A stretch of DNA of 64,000 bases from Amoebidium appalachense (lineage: Eukaryota; Protista; Ichthyosporea): the NCBI GenBank assembly GCA_963693365.1, contig CAVNZM010000007.1:9607962-9671961 (forward strand). The letters are read 5' to 3'. Numbering within the stretch: position 1 is the first letter of the stretch; every line of letters starts with the position of its first letter. Made by a program: the position numbers and the translations under genes. Of the stretch, positions 29,627 to 41,683 are shown piece after piece. The notes beneath the pieces are model-generated. The model made no database searches. It had not been told where the DNA came from and was given only the letters and a program-made list of their open reading frames with translations.

Positions 29627-30335
29627 GATCATATAAATAGAACATTACAGTTGTACCGTATGATACTTGGAAATATCATAAGTAGTTACAGATCAGACAT
29701 AATGTAGTACAGGTGTAAATTATCGTTGCTACGTCATTGTATGTGTAGTGTAGATATGTATGTAGGTGTGGACTGAGGAAAACTCACACTCCCGCATCGG
29801 ATATCACAGTCCATACAGTAACGATGTGGCTCAATAGAAAGTATGTGCACTCTGTGCACAAGATATGTCCTGCTTCTTAATGTTGCCTGCTTGTTTCCAA
29901 ACCATTCCAAATCCCCCCTTCTCCCCCCCTCCCCCCCCCCCCCCCTCCCCCCCACCCCACCCCTCAAGGGGAAAAAAAAAAAAAAGAAAAAGAAAAAAAA
30001 AGAGGAGAAAAGAGAAAAGAAAAAAAAAAGGGGGGTATTCATCCTTGTCATGCCAATTTCCCTTTCGCTGCCGCTGAACGGGTAGCCTAAGGTGTGATGG
30101 GAAGTGTGTGAGGCGCATGCTGCATGTAATCAACTTGGCAACTATTGCCTGAGACTTGGTGGTGCGACATATGTAAACCGTAGCACCGTGGCATACTGTG
30201 TACAGGGCACTGCAAACACAGACACTGACCGGGTATACGTACCCACGGGGCGTACGAGCTTCCGGCACACAAATAGCACACACACACCACCGGACACACG
30301 TGGGCTTGCACTTGACAGCACCCCCACCCAACCCA

Positions 30336-31006
30336 AGACTGGATAAGCAGAGGGCTATGCCCCCGGGGGCATCACTCTACCCCCAGCCCTTGACAAGTAC
30401 CCCTGAGCCCGAGACACCCTATTGGCTAACCTGACCCAGCGTGTATCCGAATTTTTCTTTGAATATATTTGGAAACCCAGTAGTCGGACATTACACCCCG
30501 ACCCCACAGCCAAACATAAACACACAGCCCACAAAAACAAACCAGCCACCCATAGGAAACAGCCACACACAAAACCTAGAGCCAAAAAGCCCTCCACCCA
30601 CACCGTACCGGCCTGCCCTTAGGGCTAGCTGCAGATACAGTACACCCACCGAAGAACAGAGTGCAACCCCCACCACACCTACAGACACACAGCAGCCACC
30701 ACCACCCTACACGGCATGGGAAACCACATACTGTAACACCCTACCACTCTCAACCCCACAGCACCACCACACCACGTTAGACCCCCGTCAGCAGACATGT
30801 GAAAATTCGGACACGGACCCTCCCCATAGCTAAACCATAGTAAGCCAGACTCCTGTATCTCTTGTAAATAGTATAGTCTGATCGACCTGCCATGTCTGTC
30901 TGACGGGCTCAGTCTGGAACGCGGTATAGGTCCCATGGGGCTGGTACCTACCACTAGACAGCGGTACTGAACAAGACCTCAAATAAAAAGGTTCAAATCA
31001 AATCAA
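30336..31006 (+). mobile_element. Probable 3' remnant of a non-LTR retrotransposon (degenerate ORF2 end + 3'UTR + tandem-repeat tail)
   Basis: Interrupted coding-like stretch (WISRGLCP...LANLTQRVSEFFFEYIWKP), reminiscent of LINE ORF2 C-termini. Ends in AATAAAAAGGT followed by a (TCAAA)n tail at 30982-31006. Confidence 0.4.
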
Positions 31007-32413
31007 CCGTTCACGTTGCACTTGCACACACGCAGCGTCACGGTGACATAAATACAGACACACATAAATGCACACGTACAAACAGCCAGTGACACACACA
31101 CACACACACACGTACATACAGACACACACACACAGACACACACACACACACGCACACGCTCACACATGCGCCCGCTTGCGCGCACACACACATACGCATA
31201 CACCCACGCGTACCCGCGCGCACGCGTGCACACATTTACACACAAACATACACACACATAGGCACACAAAGACATACACACACCGAGGGAGACACAAACA
31301 GCACACAGAAAGACACACAGATCGTGGGCCTGGAGAGACAGACAGCTGCTGACACACAGGCAGACACACGCACACACACACACGCACATGCCCCAACAGT
31401 GACACCAGTTTCCGGCACATACAAAACACACAAACCAACGGACAAACAAACGCGATCTACCATCGCACTGGTATACACACACACACAAAAGTACCACCTT
31501 GACAAGCACACAGACACATACAGACAGGCACATACACAGACACACACATGTACACATTGATGTAACCACACACGCACGCACACACACACACACACACACA
31601 CGTGTACACCCCCACGCGCGCGGAAGCACACACACACAAGTGCAGATATATACACGCAACACACATAAGAAGAGAGATACACCTGTACAGTTTCAGAGAC
31701 ACAAACAAAGACGCTAACAGCACACACACAGGAGATCGTGGCAGAGACATAGGCACACACACGTACACACTGTGACACGCGCGCACACATGCACGCACGC
31801 AGACAAGCATGTGCACACCTACACACACGCATGCACACACACACACATACAGACACACAGCGCGGGATCCACACCAACCGACATCCATGGGCAAACATCA
31901 TGCACATCAGCATACATTCACACACGCACAATCGCATGCACATGCTGTTGTGGCGGCCTGCGGGGCGGGGAGGGGATGGGGGGAGGGGGAGGGGGGGAGG
32001 AGGGGAGGGGAGAGGGGTGTAAAAGGATGCGTGATAGTGCAATGCATGTACACATTCACAATGGGCGACACAATGCAGCCTTTGAGTGTGCGACAAACAT
32101 GTGCCAAAGCTTTCCATGTTTGCTAATTTACAACTATCAAATCTTAATAACAAGCCTCGGTCCTGCGATGGCTGTATCGCCCAGAAATGTAAAAAATCGT
32201 AGATACTCTCTCTGATGTCAAGCCGGCATTATGTTACGCCTGGCCAAATTGAATTTGAAACCTGGTATCGCATTCGTTACAGAAAAGTGGAAAATACTGG
32301 AAAATTGTAAACTAGATCAAAAAAATACTTATCATAGGCAAAATGCTAGATTGGGCAAGCATATACCCCCCCCCCCCCCCCCCCCCCCCCCCTTTTTCGC
32401 TTTTCTTCAGAAT

Positions 32414-32938
32414 CTACCACTTCTGCCACTTCTGCTCGTCAATGATATCGAACTGGCCTTCGTTTTCTGGCACGTCAGGAACTCCCGCTACCATTTCCTC
32501 TTCTATCCCTGCCTCGTTGGTGCCACGGCGGATCTTGAAGAACCCTGTGTGTGTGTGTGTGGGGAGGGGGGGGGGGGGGATTATACCATATCGTTAGACA
32601 ACATAGGCAAATCAAATGAGAGTCGCGACGTCAGATTTGAAAGAACTTGTGAATGAAGTCGGGCAAAAGCGAAAAGGCAAGCTAAGCTGGATAAGCTAAG
32701 CTGGATGTGAGTGGGTGAATGGGTTATCCTATCAAAGCCGGCGGGGGAGGGGGAAGGGGGGGGGGGGGGGGGCACGAGACCACACTGACAGGCACTAGTA
32801 CCCAGCATCGATCAGATTGAGGAGGTCTCTCTTGCATTACGGTAGATTTTGACCCCCCCCCCCCCCCCCCCCCCCCCCAACTCCCCGCCTCAGCTCCCCA
32901 ACCCCAACGTACACCCCCCCCCCTCCCCCCCCCCCCCA

Positions 32939-32995
<57 letters not shown>

Positions 32996-34228
32996 TCCCA
33001 GCACCAAATCATTTGAAATGGGCCATTTCTCCCCCTGCAACCAACCAACCACGTGCACATGCACACACAACACGTACCGTGGTGGCCCCACAGGCGGTTC
33101 CACGAGTTCTTGACTGTCCAGTAGGGCACCCCGTTCTCCTCCCCCCACCCGATAATCGTCACAGTGTGGCCCCCCATCTGAAAATAACCGTGTCAGTATG
33201 GTTGTGCCGGGTTTAGGAAAAAAACGGGGAAAAAGAAAAGAAAGGCCCGGAGGAGTTCACGGATGCACATGAAAAGGAGGGGGGAAAAAGGGGGGAGGGA
33301 GGGGGCAGGGGGGGGGGGGGGGGGTGCTCAAATCTCATAAAAAGAAAAAAGGTGACAAGCAGGCACAGGTAAGAGAATGGTGCATGCAGCTGGCATTTTC
33401 CTGCCAATGGGACAGGGAGCACCAGATATTGATTGCAAGTCATCCATGGCCCTCAGATGACCCTGAGCATGATACTAGGTATGTGCATGTAGGATGTGTG
33501 CCCGCAGGCGGCAGTGTGTGAGTGTGTGTGTGTGTGTGTTCTGTCTGATTGTATTTGCCCCCTGCATGCCCAGCAAACCGAATATGTTGGCATGCAGCCA
33601 CCACATGGGCTGCATTGTAACATTCAGTCGTGCACGTGCCAGCTTGCAGCTGCTTGTGCCTCTATGCAATGTATTGAGGGACTAAGGGCAGGACACCAAG
33701 TGACCAGCAATTGGGACAGCATGCCAGTGGAAACCATGAACACCATCAGATGCCAACGTAAATCAGGCACAGAACATTGTGCCGCTCCTCCCCCTCCTCC
33801 CCCCCCCCCACCAAAAAAAAAAAAAAAAAAAAGAAAAGAAAAAACGTTACAGACTACGAAGTATACATTCACGACGTACAACACCATGCGGATTTTCAAA
33901 AGCGCTCTCAGAGAATAGGCTGGGGCGGGGCGGGGTTGGTGAGTGGGTGGTGGTGGTGGTGGTTTTGGTGGTGGGGGGGCAGGGGTGAGGGGGTGAGGGG
34001 GGGAGGGGGGAGGAGGGGAGCAGGGATAGGCAGGGGGGGGGGGGGGGGGAGGGGGGAGAAGGAGTCTGTCATACCAGTTCTCTGGATGTGCGCACGTAGA
34101 CACCGTCCTGATAGCTCATGAAGTCCTTGTAGACGTTGTAGGAGGCCGTGATGGGGCCGTTGTGGTACAGCTCCCACATGCCGGCCCACCAGTCCAGAGG
34201 CTTGAGCATGTACACGGTCTTGGCTCGT

Positions 34229-34277
<49 letters not shown>

Positions 34278-34306
34278 CGTGTGTGTGTGTGTGTGTGTGT
34301 TGTGTT

Positions 34307-34385
<79 letters not shown>

Positions 34386-34625
34386 TAGATATGGTATATA
34401 CCATGAGCAACAATCACAATGGATAGTGCATTGCGGATATCAGAAAGAGGATTCAAGGGCACGCACCCAAACTACGCAAAAACTGCCTTGGGGGCCGGGG
34501 GGGGGGGGGGGGGGGGGGGGGGGGTGCCTGTATGTATGTACGTGGAGGTGGTGGTGATGGAGGAGTGTGTGTTGGGCGGAGGGGTGGGTGCATATGTGTT
34601 TCTTTCTTTCTTTCTTTTCTTTTTT

Positions 34626-34656
<31 letters not shown>

Positions 34657-34765
34657 GGGGATAGCCCACGCTGAAAGGAATAGAGCATAATGTGGATTGG
34701 GATGCCAAATAGAACACAAAGAAAATGCCACGTCAGCCGAGAGCCCATCATCTAAGGCCGGGAAG

Positions 34766-34820
<55 letters not shown>

Positions 34821-35615
34821 GGGGGGGGGAGGAGGAGGGGGAGGGGGGTGTGGAGGGGGAGTAAGCAACTGAAGGCTTCGGTAAAAAACATCAATAAGCA
34901 CAGAATAACGAAAGGAAAGGTGTGAGACCAGAAGTAGATTAGTCTAGCTCTGCAGCCGCGATGGACCAAAAAAAAAAAAAAAAAAAAAGCGCACGGGAGA
35001 AACAAACTGCGTACAGGGGAGAGAGGGGGCCTTTTACCCTGTCGGTCATGTACGTGCCGTTGTAGTAGTCGTTGGTGCACTCGGGGGTGCAGACAGGGGA
35101 ATCGTGGGGGCTGGGCACGTGGATCAGCTTGGGGGCTATGGGGTAGGGCTTGCAGCCAAGCCCACTGTCGTAGTTGTCCCCTGACACAAGCCCCGTGTTG
35201 TTCCAGTAGTAGTACGTGTCCTGGGGAGGTTGGGGGGGGGGGTTTGAATGCGGAACACGGTACGAAGTGCGCATACACGATGAGAAGCATGGTGAAGGAC
35301 ACATGCAAAGGCAAACATTCAAGTATGCAACATCAGCCATGTGCACAGTATGCGGGAAGGGGGGAGAGCGGGGAAGGGGGTGGGGTGGGGTGGGGTGGGG
35401 GTGGAGTGGGGTGGGGTGGGGTGGGGGAGGTAAGCAAACTGTTGAAAGGCAAATCAATATGCAGATTAGACACCCACCATGCCTGCAACTACCCATTAAC
35501 TTGAGCTTAAGCCTTTGGGTGTTCCTGGGACTAAGTAGAGAACCCTGTTGAGCATTGGGTGTGTTTGTGTGTGTGTGTATGTCCGCTAGGTTGGGGGGGG
35601 GGGGGGGGGGGGGGG

Positions 35616-35649
<34 letters not shown>

Positions 35650-36295
35650 GGGGAGGGGAATATTGGTAGCTGCAAGGAGGAGGGGGGGGTTTGAATGCGG
35701 AACACGGTACGAAGTACGCATACACGACGAGAAGCATGGTGCAGGACACATGCAAAGGCAAACATTCAAGTATGCAACATCAGCCATGTGCACAGTATGC
35801 GTCATAAGCAGAGCCCATCCTCAGGGAGGACCCAAGTCATCAATTGCGTCTGAGTTTCGACCCCTTAGCCCGCGTATATACGACGCTCCAACTCAGAAAG
35901 CAGCATCAACTGAACTTGGGCGGGTCAACCCGTCTTGATCAAAGACGAGCAGGGTTGCTCATGCAAGCAAGGTGAGCAAAACGGTGCAGATGTGTGTGCA
36001 AACAAATGCAGTGCAGCGAAAAATGCGTATGTGCTTATAGATGCACGACACAGAGCAACCATGCCCGGTTGCATGGAAGTAAAGCGGTCTCCACACAGTG
36101 GTCTGTCCTGAAAGGACACCTCTGAAAGAAGACTGGGGGGGGTTTGAATGCGGAACAGGGTACGAAGTACGCATACACGACGAGAAGCATGGTGCAGGAC
36201 ACATGCAAAGGCAAACATTCAAGTATGCAACATCAGCCATGTGCACAGTATGCGTTATAAGCAGAGCCCATCCTCAGGGAGGACCCAAGTCGCAA

Positions 36296-36338
<43 letters not shown>

Positions 36339-36942
36339 GAATGCGGAACACGGTACGAAGTACGCATACACGAACGACAAATGCAAAGGCAAACATTCAA
36401 GTATGCAACATCAGCCATGCGCACAGCATGCGTCATAAGCAGAGCCCATCCTCAGGGAGGGCCCAAGTCATCAATTGCGTCTGAGTTTCGACCCCTTAAC
36501 CCGCGTATATACGACTCTCCAGCTCAGACAGCAGCATCAACTGAACTTGGGAGGGTCAACCCGTCTTGATCAAAGGCGAGCAGGGTTGCTTATGCAAGCA
36601 AGGTGAGCAAAACGGTGAATATGTGTGTGCAAACTAATGCAGTGCAGCGGAAAATGAGTATGTGCTTACAGATGCACGACACAGAGCAACCATGCCCGGT
36701 TGCATGGAAGTAAAGCGGGGGGGGGGGGGAGGGCAGATGGGTGTGCGGGTTGTGGGCGTGCCCGGGCAAATCACAAGCACAGTGATCGCAAACACGGTAC
36801 AAAACATCATATGCCTGTGTAGGCAAAGGGACAGGTAAGCACCCGCACCAGAACGCACGCACACATACACACACACACATGCCCCCCCTCTCCCCCACCC
36901 CACACACACACACATCTTCATGCCCACGTGAGCACACACACA

Positions 36943-36980
<38 letters not shown>

Positions 36981-37010
36981 AATCTTCATGCCCACGTGTG
37001 CGCACACACA

Positions 37011-37067
<57 letters not shown>

Positions 37068-37164
37068 GGCCTTCGCCACCGTCACAGCCAAAGCCACCGA
37101 ACTTTGTGGTGCAGTAGTCGCAGCAGGACATCAGGTCCAGGGCTGAGATCATCTGCTGGTAGCT

Positions 37165-37213
<49 letters not shown>

Positions 37214-38115
37214 GTTGTGTGTGGGATGGCCTCATTGCATGTGTGCACCAGACAAGCATCATTCGGCCCACTGCGCAGTGTGTTGTCTTCGTGGTCAGAA
37301 AAGACAACTTGATGTCAAACCAAGCAAGGACTAGAGCATTTGCGTTCTGCCCATACCCCCCTCCCCTCCCCCCCCAACACACACACACACCCTCCCTCTC
37401 TCTCGTGCATACAACACTATGTGTGTTGCCCAGAAACCCACTCTTCCCTCCCCCCTTACTTTCGCAATAGATACTATTCCTGTTGTACAAATATCCCTTC
37501 CCTCCCTTCCATACCGGCCCTTGCTGTGGATGCACATTCGGTCACTGATTGCACTTGTGGTGCCAAAGGCCCAGCAGCTTCCACATGACCCCTGGTCTCG
37601 GATCATGGGCACCGTCTGGCAGTCCCACCATTTCTGGGGGAAAAAAAAAGTCATAGACGGTGAGTGGCTTGCAAGGAAAAATGGAGAAAAGAAGTAGGAA
37701 ATCACTAGGTTTGCTCTCTCTTGGAAAAGCTGCTTTAAAAACTCTGTTATTTCGACCGGTGTAATCTATACTCGATTTGGATGATGTCCTGCAGGTCGTG
37801 TGAACAGAAAAATGTCACGACTTTTACCAGCAACCACAACTTACATAAAAAAAAGAAAAAAGAAAAACAAAACAACAAAACAAAAAAATTAATCTCTCCG
37901 TATACACACCTGGCGAGCATCAAACTCTTTGGGCAGAGAGCCGAAGTTGTGGTCCATGACCTTGATGGGTAGGGGGTGGCGGGGGTTGCTGGGGTCCACA
38001 GGCAGGGGGTCATCGTCATTGGCTCCCGTCTGCTTGTACGCCACTGGACGGGGCATGCTGGTTTTTGGATTATCACATTCATGGCGCTGAGTGCCCCCCC
38101 CCCCCCCCCCCCCCC

Positions 38116-38149
<34 letters not shown>

Positions 38150-38429
38150 CACACACACACACAGACATACAGAGACACACGCACACTTCAAATAGAAAAT
38201 CTAATTATACCGACCTGACAGACCGTGGAAGCTATGCAGACTTGATGGGAAAATTGCCTTATCTATTTCTGTTGCTATTCCGGGAGCTTTTTTCTTTATG
38301 TTGATGTTGTTGTTTATTTCTTATGGAATACGCCGGGGGGGGGGGGGGGGGGGGGGGGGGGAAGGGGGGGAAGGGGGGAAGGGGGGGAAGATCAAGGGGT
38401 GGCCCGCGGCTGCCTCTTTTTGTTATGCC

Positions 38430-38469
<40 letters not shown>

Positions 38470-38630
38470 GGGAAAGGGGGGGATGATGTAAAACATCATA
38501 CAAGCTGGTCTATGATCGTGCCCCCCCCCCCCCCCCCCCTTTCCCCCCCTTCAAAAAAAGAAAAAAAAAAAAAACGAACAAGGAGAAGAGGAGTTCGAAT
38601 ACATGATGCGTGCATGTTGCTGTCTATCTC

Positions 38631-38694
<64 letters not shown>

Positions 38695-39821
38695 CGGTGG
38701 ATGTGTGTGCTCGCACGTGTGGATCATCACGGTGTGTGTATGTTTGGGTGGTTTTGGGGGGGGGGGGGGGGGGGGGGGTAGGGTAGGAAACGCACCACCC
38801 CTGTGGTTGAGCAGCTGCTTGGAAGCTGCCACGGTCCAACCTTTGAAGCGGTGCTCATCGGTCGGCTCAACAGGGCGCCATAGAGCTGTGTATGTGCCCA
38901 CTATGTTATGGATGGAAATGAAGAGCCCGAAAGTTGCATGTGGGGGGCATAAGAACAGTGGGGTTATTGGTACCGAAAGCGGGTGGGATGATAAGTATGG
39001 CCTGCCCTGTCAAGCCACTATGTATAAATCTAAAACATGCTACTTGAAATGTGTACCCTTGCGCCTCAACCCTCATCTCAACTTCTCTGGCCAGACATGC
39101 GCACAACTTGAAATATTCAAGAGTCTTCGCCCGGAGCTTCTCAATGGGATAATTTCTTTAACAGATGCAAGAGCTGGGAATACAAATATTGTGTTGCTTT
39201 AACCGAATTAAAGTGGTACGAAGAAACTTTTGTATAGTATGTGCCGTTATGCGAATTCAGGTTGTGCAAGCCAGGGATGAACCATAGAAGTGCTGTACAC
39301 TTGGCATTTGCCACACAGATTTGTTTGATCCCTGTTGTGGGCAGAAGGCTGCAAGCAAATACGGAAAAAAGACGGGTGGCGAAAAAGAAAACAGGTCAAG
39401 ATGCAACCCATCGGGCAGGTGCCACTTTTAGCCAAGAGTTCAAAAAAAGGCTTGCAAGCTACATATAACAGAACGCTTTTTTCCTTGACAGGTTACACTC
39501 CGTCGAACTAAAATACAATAATTTCTAGCGTGTGGCAGTGCTAGAGGCATGTACACATGCACGTCGCATCCAAGCATGCAGCAACTTCTCAGAATAACTT
39601 ACACTGAGCCTTCTTGATAGCCGCCACAGATTCTGCTGTAACAACCTCCTCATGTTCGTTGATGGCAGGAATAGACTCAGGGTTTTGCTGCGGAAAAAGG
39701 GGCGAAGACAAGTCAGAACGATGCCATTCACTCTCATGGGAACATCTTAGCAAAAACCCACCTCGAGTGTGAGGGCGGTAGCACCAGCCACCGAGCAGGT
39801 AAGAAGGGCATAGAACCTCAT
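32414..39821 (-). CDS. CTSB: Cathepsin B-like cysteine protease (papain family C1A), 10 exons
   Basis: Phase-compatible exons: 39821-39762 (signal peptide [16 protein letters not shown]), 39687-39603, 38885-38796, 38043-37910, 37633-37515, 37162-37066, 35220-35038, 34230-34075, 33177-33078, 32544-32414. Motifs: [22 protein letters not shown] (catalytic Cys), [18 protein letters not shown] (His), KNSWN (Asn), [11 protein letters not shown]. Confidence 0.93.
35243..36717 (-). mobile_element. Cluster of four copies (C-F) of the poly(C)-terminated repeat in cathepsin B intron 6
   Basis: Copies at 35243-35354, 35690-36087, 36143-36291 and 36337-36717. Each begins on the + strand with poly(G)-TTGAATGCGGAACA. 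The two ~400-bp copies share a 5' end CCGCTTTACTTCCATGC. Confidence 0.8.
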
Positions 39822-40476
39822 GATTACGACCGTGACAGGAACGGTAAAAACAAGCTGGAAAAATCACGGAAACTGCCACTTGCACGCTCGATCGGAATGA
39901 TTCAAGTAACTGAAGCTGGCAAGACGATAGGTGTCAAATTCGCCGTCGAAAATCGCAGCTGAAATTCGTATCTACTTAGGTGATATTTTTGTAAGAGTAG
40001 TTGGATGTAGGGTAGACTTTCCAAGCCTCTATTGTTTTGGGCCCAGTTACACAGGGTCCGTGTGTACACTGTGTAGGTTATGAAACCGGGCAAGCCTTTT
40101 AGCCTCTGCGTTTGTGTTGTGTTTTGTTTTGTGTGCGACATGGCACAAATGGCGGGTGAAATAGCTAGCCATAAAAGGCTATTTGCTTGCTTCAAAACTG
40201 CTTTCATTGGTCTATTTGTTCTTGATGCTGGCTCCGCCAATAGGCGTTGGGGCGTGACCACTGTCACCGAATAGGATTGCTACACACCGGTACGTGGGCG
40301 GTGTCTGCAGTCTGTGTCACGCTAAAAGAAGAAAACCGTGTCCTATGAATATGTATTTAATATTAGCAGTGCCATATGACTGTACCATATACTTATCTAA
40401 TTCGTGTATATATAGTCATATTTGTCATGCAGCTACGACCGCACTGTGCACAGGTTTCATGCATAAAGCAAACATG

Positions 40477-40513
40477 GTCACGTGACAGCAAGAGCGCGCC
40501 AGTACGAGCCAAT
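40477..40513. promoter_or_regulatory. Palindromic GTCACGTGAC (CLEAR/USF-type E-box) plus a CCAAT box in the divergent CTSB/rihA intergenic region
   Basis: GTCACGTGAC at 40477-40486 and CCAAT at 40509-40513, between the ATGs at 39821 (-) and 40718 (+). Confidence 0.45.
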
Positions 40514-40717
40514 CGAAAAAGATTTTTTCGACAGTTGTGCACAGTGCCACTGTGCCACTGGTGTCTGAGTGACACCTGACTCTGAGACTCGAACTTCCTG
40601 CGACAAAACTAGGCAATTCAAACATACAAATCTTCAAGTGCCCTATTCCACGATTATATCTGTAAATAGTCTTGTGCTTTTTTTTTGCACCCACCGTTGC
40701 AATAAAATATTCTTGCC

Positions 40718-41683
40718 ATGGCTGCAAAACGGCCCATCATTTGTGACTGCGACCCAGGGCACGACGATGCAATCTCGCTCGTTCTCGCCCTGGCCTCCCC
40801 CGAACTCGACGTTTTGGCCGTGACAACCAGTGCAGGAAACCAGACGCCAGACAAAACGCTTAATAACACCCTCCGCGTGCTAACCCTTTTGGGCAAAACC
40901 CATGTTCCTGTGGCGGGCGGAGCACGCAAGCCCCTTGCTCGTGAACTGATTATTGCGGATAACATCCACGGGGAGTCTGGCCTGGACGGACCCAAACTAC
41001 CTGACCCAAGTTTTTCGCCCGAGAAAATAACCGGGGTAGAGCTTATGGCTAGGGAGGTCGCACGGAGTGCATCACCCGTAGTGCTGGTTCCTACGGGTCC
41101 CCTCACCAACATTGCACTGTTTCTTGCCAGCCACCCGGAACTACACCACAAGATCGAAAGGATTGTGCTGATGGGTGGGTCAGCCGGACCAGGCAACTGG
41201 ACCCCTGCTGCCGAATTCAACATATACGTTGACCCGGAAGCCGCCGATATGGTTTTCAAGTCGGGAATACCCATCACTATGTGTGGGTTGGATGTTACTC
41301 ACGAGGCACAGATCATGGACCATGACATCGAGCGCATCCGCGCCATTCCTAACCATGTTGCCAAAATAGTGGCCGAGTTGCTCGACTTCTTTATGATCTA
41401 CCACCGTGAGCCCAAGTGGGGATTCAAAGGGGCCCCCCTTCATGACCCGTGCACCATTGCCTGGTTGCTGAAACCCGAGCTATTCCAGACACAAGAGTGC
41501 TTCGTTGGCATAGAGACTAAGGGGGAGCACACGGTGGGAATGACGGTGGTGGACCGTTATCAGCTCAGCGGCAAGAAGCCAAATGCAACGGTGGTGCTTG
41601 GTGTGGACCGGCAGGGCTTTGTAGATCTGCTGGTGGACCGGCTGGCTGCCTACAATAACATCAAGAGTGGTGCCGGAGCCTAG
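40718..41683 (+). CDS. rihA: Pyrimidine-specific ribonucleoside hydrolase RihA (IU-nucleoside hydrolase family), intronless
   Basis: 321-aa ORF with the DCDPGHDDA metal/ribose-binding motif, [37 protein letters not shown], [24 protein letters not shown] and [10 protein letters not shown]; these long blocks match the recalled gammaproteobacterial RihA/YbeK sequence. Confidence 0.95.
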   Translation: MAAKRPIICDCDPGHDDAISLVLALASPELDVLAVTTSAGNQTPDKTLNNTLRVLTLLGKTHVPVAGGARKPLARELIIADNIHGESGLDGPKLPDPSFSPEKITGVELMAREVARSASPVVLVPTGPLTNIALFLASHPELHHKIERIVLMGGSAGPGNWTPAAEFNIYVDPEAADMVFKSGIPITMCGLDVTHEAQIMDHDIERIRAIPNHVAKIVAELLDFFMIYHREPKWGFKGAPLHDPCTIAWLLKPELFQTQECFVGIETKGEHTVGMTVVDRYQLSGKKPNATVVLGVDRQGFVDLLVDRLAAYNNIKSGAGA

